Positions 26,780 through 35,676 of a stretch of 64,000 nucleotides of DNA are shown piece by piece. The notes beneath the pieces are model-generated. The model was not told the origin of the DNA. It did not search any database and saw only the letters and a list, made by a program, of their open reading frames with translations. Made by a program: the position numbers and the translations under genes. Position 1 is the stretch's first letter, and the number at the start of each line of letters is the position of its first letter. Origin of the DNA: a virus; IMG/VR virus record IMGVR_UViG_3300045391_005035, one strand, 5' to 3'.

Positions 26780-27757
26780 TCACGCCTTCTTCCTGCGCCG
26801 CTTGTTCGCGGTCACCTTGTGCGACGAACGAAATGCGATCGCGGCGATTCCCACGCCGGCCGCACCGACCACCCACCACTTCAGATCCACACCCATCGGC
26901 CTGATGGCCCAGCGCGATGGCGACGACGACGGTCCCGTCGTCAGCACCGGCGCGATCGTCACCGGACCGACTGGCGTAAAGTCCGGCGCCGTGGAGTCGC
27001 TCGGCGGCGCCGCGTTCGGCACACAGAGTCCGCTCGCATCACGGAAGTACCCGTCCGTGCACTGGACCTGTGCATCCGGCTGCGTCGACAGGGACTCCGC
27101 CGCCTGAGCCGCCGCCTGAGCCGCCGCCGCCTCGCTCGCCGCTTGATTCGCGACTGCCTGAGCCTGCTGCGCCGAAGCGACCTGCACGGGCGTCTGAGCC
27201 TGCTGCGCTTGCGCTGTCGCCGTCGTCTGCGCGGCGTTCGCGACAGCCACCTTCTGCGCCGCGAACGTTCGTGCAGCGAGCAGTCCGCCCGGACGCAGCG
27301 GAGACGTCGCGAGCGTTGGCGTTGGCGCGTGTCCGGCGTACTTGCCGGCGGCGATGTCAGCGAGCAGCTTCTCGATGCTCACACCGACGAGGACTGGCGG
27401 CGTGGGGTTCACCGCGTTCCTGTAGCCACCGACGACGATGCTCTGCGTCACGAACTGCTTGAGGTTCGGAGACAGCGTGTTCAGCGCGGCGGCTACTGCC
27501 GCAGGATCGATCTTGCCGAACGCGTTGGGCTTCGCCCGCGACAGCAGGGCGCCGGCGAGGAAGAGCGGAGCCATCGAACGGTTGTTGTTGCTGGTCGCAT
27601 ACAGCTTCGACATCCAGCTGCCGAGCGCTGCGATCATCGCCGCGTTGACACCGACGTCGACCATCGGCGCCGTGGGCGCACGATTGACTGGACCCGGCGT
27701 CGCCGGCGCGAAGCCGGTCCGCAGCAAGGTCGCCTGACCCAGGCCTTCGTAGCTCAT
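26780..27757 (-). CDS. Virion membrane protein with Ala/Gln-rich stalk
   Basis: MSYEGLGQ; CTDGYFRDASGLC; TM; VTAN-KRRRKK. Confidence 0.7.
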   Translation of the reverse strand: MSYEGLGQATLLRTGFAPATPGPVNRAPTAPMVDVGVNAAMIAALGSWMSKLYATSNNNRSMAPLFLAGALLSRAKPNAFGKIDPAAVAAALNTLSPNLKQFVTQSIVVGGYRNAVNPTPPVLVGVSIEKLLADIAAGKYAGHAPTPTLATSPLRPGGLLAARTFAAQKVAVANAAQTTATAQAQQAQTPVQVASAQQAQAVANQAASEAAAAQAAAQAAESLSTQPDAQVQCTDGYFRDASGLCVPNAAPPSDSTAPDFTPVGPVTIAPVLTTGPSSSPSRWAIRPMGVDLKWWVVGAAGVGIAAIAFRSSHKVTANKRRRKKA

Positions 27758-28122
27758 CGACGACTCCGCCTGTGACGACGACGACCGTTCGGCGTGACCG
27801 AGCTGCGGCCGCGGAAGTAGTAGTAACCGCCGGCGATCGCCGCGAGCGCCCACCAGCGCAGCGCGATACCGAACGGCGCCGCCGGCAGCGAGAACGACAT
27901 CGGCGTCTTGCTCTTGTCATCCGTGTTCATCGGCGCGAGCGGAACGAGCGGCGTCGGCTCCGGTGCCGGCATGAACGGCGGCGGCGACGGCGGCGGAGCT
28001 GGCATCGGGATCAGGTCCGACGGCCCAGGCTCCGTGGTGAACACGGCTGGATCCGTCGTCATGGGCGTCGCGGGAGCGATGTCGGTCCCGAGACCCGTGA
28101 GCGAATAGTGTCTGTAGGCCAT
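27754..28122 (-). CDS. Small Pro-rich virion membrane protein
   Basis: MAYRHYSLTGLG; TM; VTPN-GRRRHRR. Confidence 0.7.
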   Translation of the reverse strand: MAYRHYSLTGLGTDIAPATPMTTDPAVFTTEPGPSDLIPMPAPPPSPPPFMPAPEPTPLVPLAPMNTDDKSKTPMSFSLPAAPFGIALRWWALAAIAGGYYYFRGRSSVTPNGRRRHRRSRR

Positions 28123-28133
28123 GGCCGTTCCTC

Positions 28134-28433
28134 TCAGCGCTTGCGCTTCTTCCGACCGTTGCGAGTCATCGCGCGCGACCGCATCACGAACCACGCCGTG
28201 AGCCCGAGCCCGACGAGCGAGTACAGCTCCATCCGGAGTGGCCGAGCGTCCGCCGAGGTCAGATCGGAAACGATCTGTCCGAGCGGATGCATGCCCTCAC
28301 GTGGCGGATGCGTCTGCCACACGTACTTGCTCGGCACGCGACGTCGCTGCGGCTGCGACAGGTCCGCGTAGACCCATGGGTTCGTGACAGCCCACGGCGC
28401 GTAGCCGAGGTGTCGCTTGACGGCGTACGTCAT
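28134..28433 (-). CDS. Small virion membrane protein
   Basis: MTY..HLG..PLGQ; TM; MTRN-GRKKRKR. Confidence 0.7.
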   Translation of the reverse strand: MTYAVKRHLGYAPWAVTNPWVYADLSQPQRRRVPSKYVWQTHPPREGMHPLGQIVSDLTSADARPLRMELYSLVGLGLTAWFVMRSRAMTRNGRKKRKR

Positions 28434-28437
28434 CGAG

Positions 28438-28695
28438 TCACTCCTCGTTCTTCTTCAGCTTCGCCTGCATCGGACGCCACCAGGCGAAGTAGGCCCACGC
28501 GGCTCCGACGACCGCCGCGCCAGCCCCGAAGCAGACGAGCGGTCGTCGGTAGAACGGCACGGCCTCCACCTGGCCGAGAGGCGGGAGCCCATAGAGCGGA
28601 TACGCTGGCATGCCCTCGGTGGGCACCGCACCTCCGCTCATCTCGGACGCCTGCTGCTCGTACTGCTGCGGCTGGACGTACTGATCGAAACGCAT
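28438..28695 (-). CDS. Small virion membrane protein
   Basis: PPLGQ; TM; LKKN. Confidence 0.65.
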   Translation of the reverse strand: MRFDQYVQPQQYEQQASEMSGGAVPTEGMPAYPLYGLPPLGQVEAVPFYRRPLVCFGAGAAVVGAAWAYFAWWRPMQAKLKKNEE

Positions 28696-28722
28696 GGGCT
28701 CCTCCTCCGTCAGCGAGAAGGA

Positions 28723-29130
28723 TCAGCGGCTGTGGCGCCGACGCGAGTGGCGGCGGTTCTTGCTCACGCGACGACGGCTGCGACGACGACCGTTCTTGCT
28801 CACGCGACGACGGCTGCGACGACGACCGTTCTTGCTCACGCGCTTCTTCGAGTGGCGCTTGCCCTTCGACGTGCGCTTCTTCGAGTGGCGCTTGCGCGAC
28901 GTGCGCTTCTTCGACACGCGACCCACCGAGAACATCTTGCTGCCACGCTTGATGCTCACGTGCTTGCTGCCGCGCTTGATGAGACCACGCGCCTTGCGAC
29001 GCGCTGCACCGAGCTTCGACGAGCGCGCGACCACGCGGTGCGTCTTGCCGCTCAGGATCGCGAACAGCTTGCTGTCGAGCTTGCTGCGCGAGTGCTTCTT
29101 CCGGCTCTTCCGCTTCGTTCCCATGATCAC
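28723..29130 (-). CDS. Protamine-like DNA-condensing protein
   Basis: Extremely R/K/S-rich; 3x RVSKN. Confidence 0.75.
   Translation of the reverse strand: MIMGTKRKSRKKHSRSKLDSKLFAILSGKTHRVVARSSKLGAARRKARGLIKRGSKHVSIKRGSKMFSVGRVSKKRTSRKRHSKKRTSKGKRHSKKRVSKNGRRRSRRRVSKNGRRRSRRRVSKNRRHSRRRHSR
28756..28842. repeat. Coding 36-bp tandem repeat (about 2.4 copies) encoding RVSKNGRRRSRR
   Basis: GTTCTTGCTCACGCG recurs at 28756, 28792 and 28828. Confidence 0.85.
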
Positions 29131-30536
29131 TTCACTCCCATGTTGCGCGCGAACTTTCGCGCGTGCCTCTTCACGTTTCGCTGCACCGATCTGCCCTGCT
29201 TAGTCTGCGTGAGGAAGTAGTACCCCACACCTACGGCCGCAGCGCCGAGTAGAAGATTCCGACCCATGCTGGCCGTCGGCGCCGCTTCTGGCGTCGCGAC
29301 CTGTCCCATGCCCAGCGCCGCCGGGCTACTGACGAGCGCCGCGACGTCGGCCTGCGCCGCGTTCTTGTTGCCGGCGATCGGCGCAACATGTGCGACGACT
29401 GCCTGCTGAAGCACGCCAGAGTTCGCGCGCAGCTTCTCGCCCATCTTGTCGATGCGCGGCAGACCCGAGCGGCCCTTCGCGCGATCGGCCATGTCCTTCA
29501 TGGTCGCGTGCATCACGCAGTGTGCGAGCGTGTCTTCGAGCGCAGTGTCTGGACGATAGCCCATCGCGACGAGGCGCTCGGATACCTGGCGGCACTTCGC
29601 CGCCTGTCCCGCGCCGAGCGCTTCTGTCGCCTGCGTGAGGAACGACGAGCGTACCGTCGGGTTCGAGATCATGCGGGCCTCGTCGACGACGGCCTTGGCC
29701 GCCGCACGTCCGAACGCCTCGATGTGCGAACGCGGCCCGGTTCTCTCTGGGCGCATGCTCGGCATCTGCTGATCGACGAATGGAGACGACGTCGGCTTGA
29801 GGTCTCGCACGTTGCGCGCGAACGTGACGCCGCCGCCGGATGGCTGCACGACACGCCAGTTGTTCGCGACCGAGTCCCACATCTGCGACTGCTGCACGTC
29901 CAGCTCGCCCTCCTGGGCGATGTACGCGGGCAGCGCGTAGTCGTTGGCGAAGGATCCGTCGCGCGGATTCCACACGACGCCCTCTTCCATGTCGAAGATG
30001 CCGGTGCCGATCACGTTCTGCGGATCATCGTCGTACTCGAACGAGCCGCGGTCGTAGATCGTCGCCGGATCGACGCCAGCGTTCGACGGCATGCGGTTCC
30101 GCTGCGGATGACGCGACGCCGGACGCACCGGCTGCGGCGAGCCGCTGACTCGGATGGCGATCTCCTGCGCTGGCGACGCGCCCGATGCGGGGTCGTCTCC
30201 AGAGAGATCCGTGCGCATCGAGGCGGGGCGGTAGCCGCCGCCTCCTCCGACCTTCCACGGATACGAGCCGTACTCCGTCTCGGACATCCCAGGATCGTCC
30301 TCGGTCGAGTCCGTCAGGTCGAACTCCGACATGCCGTCCACGTCCGATGCCGGGCCCGCGCCAGATCCCGGCGTCGACGGCGTGTCCTCCTGAAGCTCGT
30401 CGTCGAGGAACGACGAGTCGGGATCGCCGGGCAGACGCTGGTAGTCCTGCACGTCGAGATTCGCGTTTCCACGCATCGTCGGCATGTCCAGATCGCCTGC
30501 ACCGTCATCGAGATCGAAGTCGAAATCGCTCATCAC
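29127..30536 (-). CDS. Virion membrane protein with acidic disordered N-terminus
   Basis: Asp-rich N-terminus; helical domain related to the next two genes; ALGMGQ; TM; VQRN...FARN. Confidence 0.7.
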   Translation of the reverse strand: MMSDFDFDLDDGAGDLDMPTMRGNANLDVQDYQRLPGDPDSSFLDDELQEDTPSTPGSGAGPASDVDGMSEFDLTDSTEDDPGMSETEYGSYPWKVGGGGGYRPASMRTDLSGDDPASGASPAQEIAIRVSGSPQPVRPASRHPQRNRMPSNAGVDPATIYDRGSFEYDDDPQNVIGTGIFDMEEGVVWNPRDGSFANDYALPAYIAQEGELDVQQSQMWDSVANNWRVVQPSGGGVTFARNVRDLKPTSSPFVDQQMPSMRPERTGPRSHIEAFGRAAAKAVVDEARMISNPTVRSSFLTQATEALGAGQAAKCRQVSERLVAMGYRPDTALEDTLAHCVMHATMKDMADRAKGRSGLPRIDKMGEKLRANSGVLQQAVVAHVAPIAGNKNAAQADVAALVSSPAALGMGQVATPEAAPTASMGRNLLLGAAAVGVGYYFLTQTKQGRSVQRNVKRHARKFARNMGVK

Positions 30537-30561
30537 GTTCTCCGTCCGCGCCCCACGCGCG

Positions 30562-31278
30562 TCAGTCGAGTACCATCCACGCAGCGCCGAGCACCGTCAG
30601 CAGGATAGCGCCGCCGACAGCCACCGTCTGAAACCGATGCTTCCGCGATGCCGCCTCGGCGGCCGCCTGCTGACTCGCGGCCACTTGCTGTGCCGCGGCG
30701 AGCTGCGCCTGTGCTCGCGCCGCCGCCGTCGCAGCATCGCGCGCTTCCTTACCACAGTCGAGCACCTGACCGGCAACGGTGCTGCCGATGCTCGTGACGA
30801 GGCCGACGATCTGCCCGTACACCGGAACGACCTGCGCCACGCCGCCGACCATGTTGGCTCCGGATGCGATCATGCATCCAGTCGCGCGATCGTCCGCGCC
30901 GCTACCGAGACCCACGTCGACCAACGAATCCCACCCGCTGCGCGTCGCAATGTTGTGCCTGATGTTTTCGAGGCTTCGATCGAGGCGCGTGTTCGCAATC
31001 GCAAGGCGCAGAGCATCGAACGCAACCTGATCGGGATTCGCGCCGGACACCAGGCCCTTCTTCATCTCCATGAGCACAGGCGCCGATGGCACTTCCAGCT
31101 CATCGAGCGACGATTCCATCACCTGTAGCCGACGCTCGCTAGGCACCTTCGCCATCGCGAGCATGATCGACGACGCATCCAACGACGCCTTGGCCAGCAC
31201 CGGATCGCTGAACGCGCGCTTCCCCACGCCAACGGGCGTGACGTCGCCGAGCGCTCGCGATGCCGACGCGTAGCTCAT
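30562..31278 (-). CDS. Virion membrane protein, paralogue of 31275-32027
   Basis: MSYASASRALG; ASSIMLAMAKVP..DQVAFDALRLAIA; VGLGS; C-terminal TM. Confidence 0.7.
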   Translation of the reverse strand: MSYASASRALGDVTPVGVGKRAFSDPVLAKASLDASSIMLAMAKVPSERRLQVMESSLDELEVPSAPVLMEMKKGLVSGANPDQVAFDALRLAIANTRLDRSLENIRHNIATRSGWDSLVDVGLGSGADDRATGCMIASGANMVGGVAQVVPVYGQIVGLVTSIGSTVAGQVLDCGKEARDAATAAARAQAQLAAAQQVAASQQAAAEAASRKHRFQTVAVGGAILLTVLGAAWMVLD

Positions 31279-32027
31279 GCCGCCTTCTTCAACATGGCGT
31301 AACCGATGCCGAGGGCGGCGATCGCGCCTCCGCCGACCAGCACGTAGCGCATGAACCGTGCGTCCGCGGCCTGCTGCATCGCGAGCGCCTGAACGGTGCC
31401 CTGCTGTGCCAGGCGCGCCTGATCGAGCGCCTGCTGTCCGCGGATCACGAGCTGCCCAGCGCCGCAGCCAGCGATCTGGCCAGCCGTCTGGGTACTCGAC
31501 GTGAGCGCTCCGGTGCCAGATCCGGTACCGGTCTGATCGAGCACGCCGCCGATCATGCCGACGGTACCCGCGACGTACGAGCAGAAGATCGCGTTCGCGT
31601 CGTTGATGTTCTGACTGGTGCGGCCCTGAGCCTCGGCGATTGTCTGCCCCAGCCCGGAACCGGCCGGTCGCTGCGCCAACGTCTGCTGCACGAAGTGGTC
31701 GGCGATCGCGGCGCGGATTGCGTCGAACATCGCCTGGTCCACCTTGTTCGCCGGCGCAGTCGCCACCCGTCGAGCGAAGTCGGCGCGGGCAGAATCTCCG
31801 AGTCCACGCTGCACCGCATTGAGGGTGCGCACCATCTCGGCGAGGCGCTGACTGCGCGGCACCGACGCCATCTTCAACATGACGTTGGACGCGAGTAGCG
31901 ATGCGGTCGACAGAATGGGGCTCGACTGAGCCATGGTGCCCAGCTCGATCGGAGCCTGATCCGGCACGACGGACGCACCGAGTCCCATGAGCCCACGTGC
32001 AGCACGGCTGCGCCCTGCGTACGTCAT
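31275..32027 (-). CDS. Virion membrane protein, paralogue of 30562-31278
   Basis: MTY..LMGLG; ASNVMLKMASVP..DQAMFDAIRAAIA; SGLGQ; C-terminal TM. Confidence 0.7.
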   Translation of the reverse strand: MTYAGRSRAARGLMGLGASVVPDQAPIELGTMAQSSPILSTASLLASNVMLKMASVPRSQRLAEMVRTLNAVQRGLGDSARADFARRVATAPANKVDQAMFDAIRAAIADHFVQQTLAQRPAGSGLGQTIAEAQGRTSQNINDANAIFCSYVAGTVGMIGGVLDQTGTGSGTGALTSSTQTAGQIAGCGAGQLVIRGQQALDQARLAQQGTVQALAMQQAADARFMRYVLVGGGAIAALGIGYAMLKKAA

Positions 32028-32341
32028 CGACGGCTCCTCTTCCGGTTCCGACGCATCGCGGCCGGCTTGCCGAAGCCCTGGGCAACGGCAACCGCCAGCG
32101 CGATCGGCCACACGATGCCGCCGCCGATACCCCACGCGAGCGCCCAGCCCCACGAGTTGCTGCGACGGTAGCCGTGGTACGCGAGCGCGCCCATGGCTGC
32201 AACGCTGGCGACGCGCAGCGCCATCATCGACGGCGACGCGAGCTGGATCGCGGTCGATGGTGTGGTCGGCGGCGTGACCGGAGCGGCCGTCTGCCCGAGG
32301 GGAGCACGAGCGTAGTAGGGAGCCTGTGCGTAGTTGCTCAT
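32024..32341 (-). CDS. Small virion membrane protein
   Basis: APLGQ; AYHGYRRSNSWGWALAW hairpin; MRRN-RKRSRR. Confidence 0.7.
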   Translation of the reverse strand: MSNYAQAPYYARAPLGQTAAPVTPPTTPSTAIQLASPSMMALRVASVAAMGALAYHGYRRSNSWGWALAWGIGGGIVWPIALAVAVAQGFGKPAAMRRNRKRSRR

Positions 32342-32349
32342 GCCTGTTC

Positions 32350-32907
32350 CTACACGGGGAAAAAGGTGTACTGCTGGACGCGAGAGAGCATGTTTGCGGT
32401 CTTGCGGCCCGCGACCGGGTCGAGTGCCCACCACAGGCCGGTGCTCGGGTCCTGCGCCTCGACGAACACATGCGTGTGGATCTTCGGCTCGCCGAACCGG
32501 CGCGGCTTGAAACCGACCGTCACGAACCGGATGGGAGCGCCGATCACGAGGCAGCAGGTGCCGATCCCGAGCGCGAACTCGTCGCAGTCGCAGACGAGCC
32601 GACCCTGCGTCGCGTCCTGGACCATGCGCTCCGGGTCCTTGATCAGCTCCACATGCACCGGGTCGCGCGTGTACCGCCCGTTGTTCCCCCACCACTTCGA
32701 GATGGCGACGCACTCCGACAGGTACGCCTTGGGCCGGATGTTCGCGATGATCTGCTCGGTGTGCCGCCGGACGAAGATCGACCGCTCGCCTCGCTCGCCG
32801 CGAGCCAGCTCGATCATTTTACGGACGGTGTGATCCGTTCCCCGGTACGGCTCCACAGAGCCGATCGCGTTGTTGTACGCGGGGGAGTATGCAGACGCTC
32901 GAAGCAT
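32350..32907 (-). CDS. Transglutaminase-like (papain-fold) Cys-His-Asp enzyme, candidate maturation protease
   Basis: YTRDP...CDCDE...HTHVF...WWALDP. Confidence 0.8.
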   Translation of the reverse strand: MLRASAYSPAYNNAIGSVEPYRGTDHTVRKMIELARGERGERSIFVRRHTEQIIANIRPKAYLSECVAISKWWGNNGRYTRDPVHVELIKDPERMVQDATQGRLVCDCDEFALGIGTCCLVIGAPIRFVTVGFKPRRFGEPKIHTHVFVEAQDPSTGLWWALDPVAGRKTANMLSRVQQYTFFPV

Positions 32908-32977
32908 GGGCAGGTATTGAACCTGTCCAAGCGTGCCCGAACGCAGTGTCGCACGTGGTATGCGATCTGTGCAACCG

Positions 32978-33301
32978 CTACCGACGCGTCGTCAGCTTCA
33001 GGCCGTCGCGGACCATGACCTTGGGCTGCATGCGCGCCGGCGCCGATCCGCGCGCCTCGCCTTGCAGCTCCACGCGAACCGACACGATGTCGCGACCACG
33101 GTACTCGGTCACGAGGATGAACATGCCTCCGGGCGCGATACCCAGCTTGCGCAACGGCTCCGATGGCATCGAGTAGGTGGACCCGTCGACGAAGCGAACT
33201 GCCGCCCGCGGTCCCTGCATTACGGCCAGCTGCGCGAGACGACGCTCGGTGCTTGTTGACGGCTGCTGTTGGAGCTGCCGGTAGTTGCCGAGCGCCTTCA
33301 T
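32978..33301 (-). CDS. Hypothetical protein
   Basis: In-operon ORF. Confidence 0.55.
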   Translation of the reverse strand: MKALGNYRQLQQQPSTSTERRLAQLAVMQGPRAAVRFVDGSTYSMPSEPLRKLGIAPGGMFILVTEYRGRDIVSVRVELQGEARGSAPARMQPKVMVRDGLKLTTRR

Positions 33302-33315
33302 GCCCGCGCAGCGTA

Positions 33316-35676
33316 TCAGATCGCTGCGCGCAGAGCTGCCAGCGCTGTGCGAACGAAGCGCTGACCACGCGGCGTCGTGCCAGCGCTGTGCGGCTCTGCC
33401 TGCTGGATGTTCGCGATCACCTGCTCGTCGGTCATGCCGGCGATCGCCTGGATGATCATCGGCGGCACGCCGCTGCTGAGCATCTTCTGGACGAACTCCT
33501 CTGGCTCGTCACCACTCTCGACGCTCTCGTGGACGCGCTTGGCGACTTCCTTGGCGATCATCATCTGGAGCTTCGGATCCACGGCACCACCCTGCGGCTG
33601 AGGCTGAGCTTGTGATCTACCACGAGGCTGAGCCTGCTGTGGAGCCTGCTGTGGAGCCTGCTGTGGAGCCTGCGTCGTCGTAGCAGGCGCCGGGGCTGCA
33701 TCGGTGGGAAGGGGCGGCTGCACCGGCTCGCCCCACGGGCGCGGCTTCGGCAGCCCAACGCTCATGTCCGGAACCGGAAGTCCAGACGACGGCTTGGGAC
33801 GAGCCGTGCGCGGCTCACCGAGGATGCCTCGCGGCTTCGCGCTGCTGCGCGAGGTGCGCTGCTGCGCCTGGAACGCGTCGAACTGATCCTTCGGTGCGAG
33901 CGCGAGCTGGCCGTTGGGAGCCTGCACGACCACCATCGGCCCCTGCGGCGTCTGGACGATCTGCCCTGGCTGCGGAGGAGGCTGCGAGACCTGCTGTTGT
34001 GGGGGCTGCTGCGGCGCCACCTGCTGTCCCACCTGGGCCCCGCCGTTGATGGTCTGCCAGATCGCGGGCAGGTTTTCGAGCGCGGTGTTGAGGACCTCCT
34101 GCCAGCCCTGCGCTCCGTCGCCGCTGCCCGAGAGGCCGATACCACCTCCGCTGGACGGCGGCGGCGAATCTTCGACGCCGAGCGCGTCCTTCGCGACGCT
34201 CCGCAGATCGCGAAGGCTGGAGAGCTGCTTGACGATGTCGCCGCGATCGGCGAGCTGCGACTCGAACCCGCGCACCTTCGCCTGAAGCTGCTCGATCTCC
34301 GAGCGCTGCCACTGGAGCTGCGACTCGTAGTTCGTCTTCTGCGTCTCGACGCGAGACTCCCACTGGACCTTCAGGTTGATCTCGGCCTGCTCCAGGCGAT
34401 CACGCCACTGCTGATCTCGCTCGTCGGCCTGACGCTTGTACATCTCCATGTCGCGGCGACGCTCCTCACGTTCGACGCGCAGCGCCTCTTCGTGACGCTG
34501 CTCGCGCATGCGCCCCGCTTCGCGCTCCGCTTCGATCTCGCGCCGATTCGCGTCGCGCATCGACTGAATCTCGGAGACGTGAGAGTCGCGCAGCGACTGG
34601 AGCATCGTCTGATTCTGCTTGTGGATGGCCTCGATCTCCGCCTGATGGCGATCGAGGATGTTCCTCGTGATGCCCTCTGCCGACGTGGCGGCGATCCGCG
34701 CTGCCTCCGCAGCAGCAGCACCCCCGTCACCTTTGACCATGGGAATGAGCTTCTCGATCTGGTCGATGACGTTCGGCTGCGGGGCGTTGTTCATAGCTTC
34801 CACCTTCGCTTCGAGGCGACGATATTCTTCCTTCGACTCGCTCAGACGCTGTTCGAGGAACGCGCGTTCGGTGGCGGATCGCTCACGCTCTGCCTTCAGC
34901 ACTTCGTCCGCTCGGCGTCGCTCGGCGTCGACGACTGGATCCATGAACTCGCGCGCCGCCTTCGCGGTCGCGTCGGCCTTGTCCTCGGCGCGGATGCGAT
35001 CTGCGCGCTCACGCTCCGCCGTCGCCTCGACCATCTTCAGTGCCGACGCCGCCAGCGTCGGGTTCTCCGGCGCCTGCATCATCATCGGGGCCTGAGGTAC
35101 GGGTGCGACACCGCTGGCTTGGTCGAGCTTCGCCCGCACCGAGCGCGAAACACGCTCTGGGTTCGGCTCGCCGGCGACTTCGACCTTGAACGAGTCGTAG
35201 CGGCGAACGTTGTTGGGACCCTTGTTCGGGTCCGGCCCCATGACGCGCACCTCGAACGTGCCGCCGCCGTACTCGGAGCTGATGTACTCCTCGGTGATCT
35301 GATGCCTGTAATCGGCCAGGTATCCGTTGCCCTGCACTCCGCCGGGCAGCCACTTCGGGAGCAGGCGGTAGAGCTGGACGCTGAAGTTCGGATCGTCTCC
35401 GACGCGGTACTTCGACAGCACGCTACCGAGCGTGCGCTGACTCTCCGCAGGGCGCGGCAGCTCGCTCGGAAGCAGGTTCGCCGGGTCGTCGTCCGCAGCG
35501 GCCTCCTCGCGAAGCTCGGCGCGATCTTCCTGCGAATCGGCCTCGTCAGATTCGACGTCGATCGACGACGGCAGCGCCTTGGTCGCCTTCCGACGACGCG
35601 CTCGCGGCGGCGGATCGTCGGACGTGAGGTTGTCGATGAACCGGTCGACTTCGCCAGCGAGCTGATCGTCGCTCAC
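33316..35676 (-). CDS. Large coiled-coil protein with Pro/Gln-rich C-terminal linker
   Basis: Long E/R/Q heptad region; 786 aa. Confidence 0.75.
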   Translation of the reverse strand: MSDDQLAGEVDRFIDNLTSDDPPPRARRRKATKALPSSIDVESDEADSQEDRAELREEAAADDDPANLLPSELPRPAESQRTLGSVLSKYRVGDDPNFSVQLYRLLPKWLPGGVQGNGYLADYRHQITEEYISSEYGGGTFEVRVMGPDPNKGPNNVRRYDSFKVEVAGEPNPERVSRSVRAKLDQASGVAPVPQAPMMMQAPENPTLAASALKMVEATAERERADRIRAEDKADATAKAAREFMDPVVDAERRRADEVLKAERERSATERAFLEQRLSESKEEYRRLEAKVEAMNNAPQPNVIDQIEKLIPMVKGDGGAAAAEAARIAATSAEGITRNILDRHQAEIEAIHKQNQTMLQSLRDSHVSEIQSMRDANRREIEAEREAGRMREQRHEEALRVEREERRRDMEMYKRQADERDQQWRDRLEQAEINLKVQWESRVETQKTNYESQLQWQRSEIEQLQAKVRGFESQLADRGDIVKQLSSLRDLRSVAKDALGVEDSPPPSSGGGIGLSGSGDGAQGWQEVLNTALENLPAIWQTINGGAQVGQQVAPQQPPQQQVSQPPPQPGQIVQTPQGPMVVVQAPNGQLALAPKDQFDAFQAQQRTSRSSAKPRGILGEPRTARPKPSSGLPVPDMSVGLPKPRPWGEPVQPPLPTDAAPAPATTTQAPQQAPQQAPQQAQPRGRSQAQPQPQGGAVDPKLQMMIAKEVAKRVHESVESGDEPEEFVQKMLSSGVPPMIIQAIAGMTDEQVIANIQQAEPHSAGTTPRGQRFVRTALAALRAAI

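Noticed and set aside
28756-28920. 36-bp and 27-bp repeats as a CRISPR array
   Set aside because: Contiguous in-frame tandem repeats with no unique spacers; they encode the protamine-like protein; no cas genes seen
23749-32341. GLG leaders as RiPP double-glycine or type IV prepilin leaders
   Set aside because: No C39 transporter, modifying enzymes or prepilin peptidase recognised; the hydrophobic segment is C-terminal, not directly after the Gly as in pilins
33316-35676. Tape measure or SMC protein
   Set aside because: No Walker motifs, no flanking tail or chaperone genes, and a composition unlike tape measure proteins
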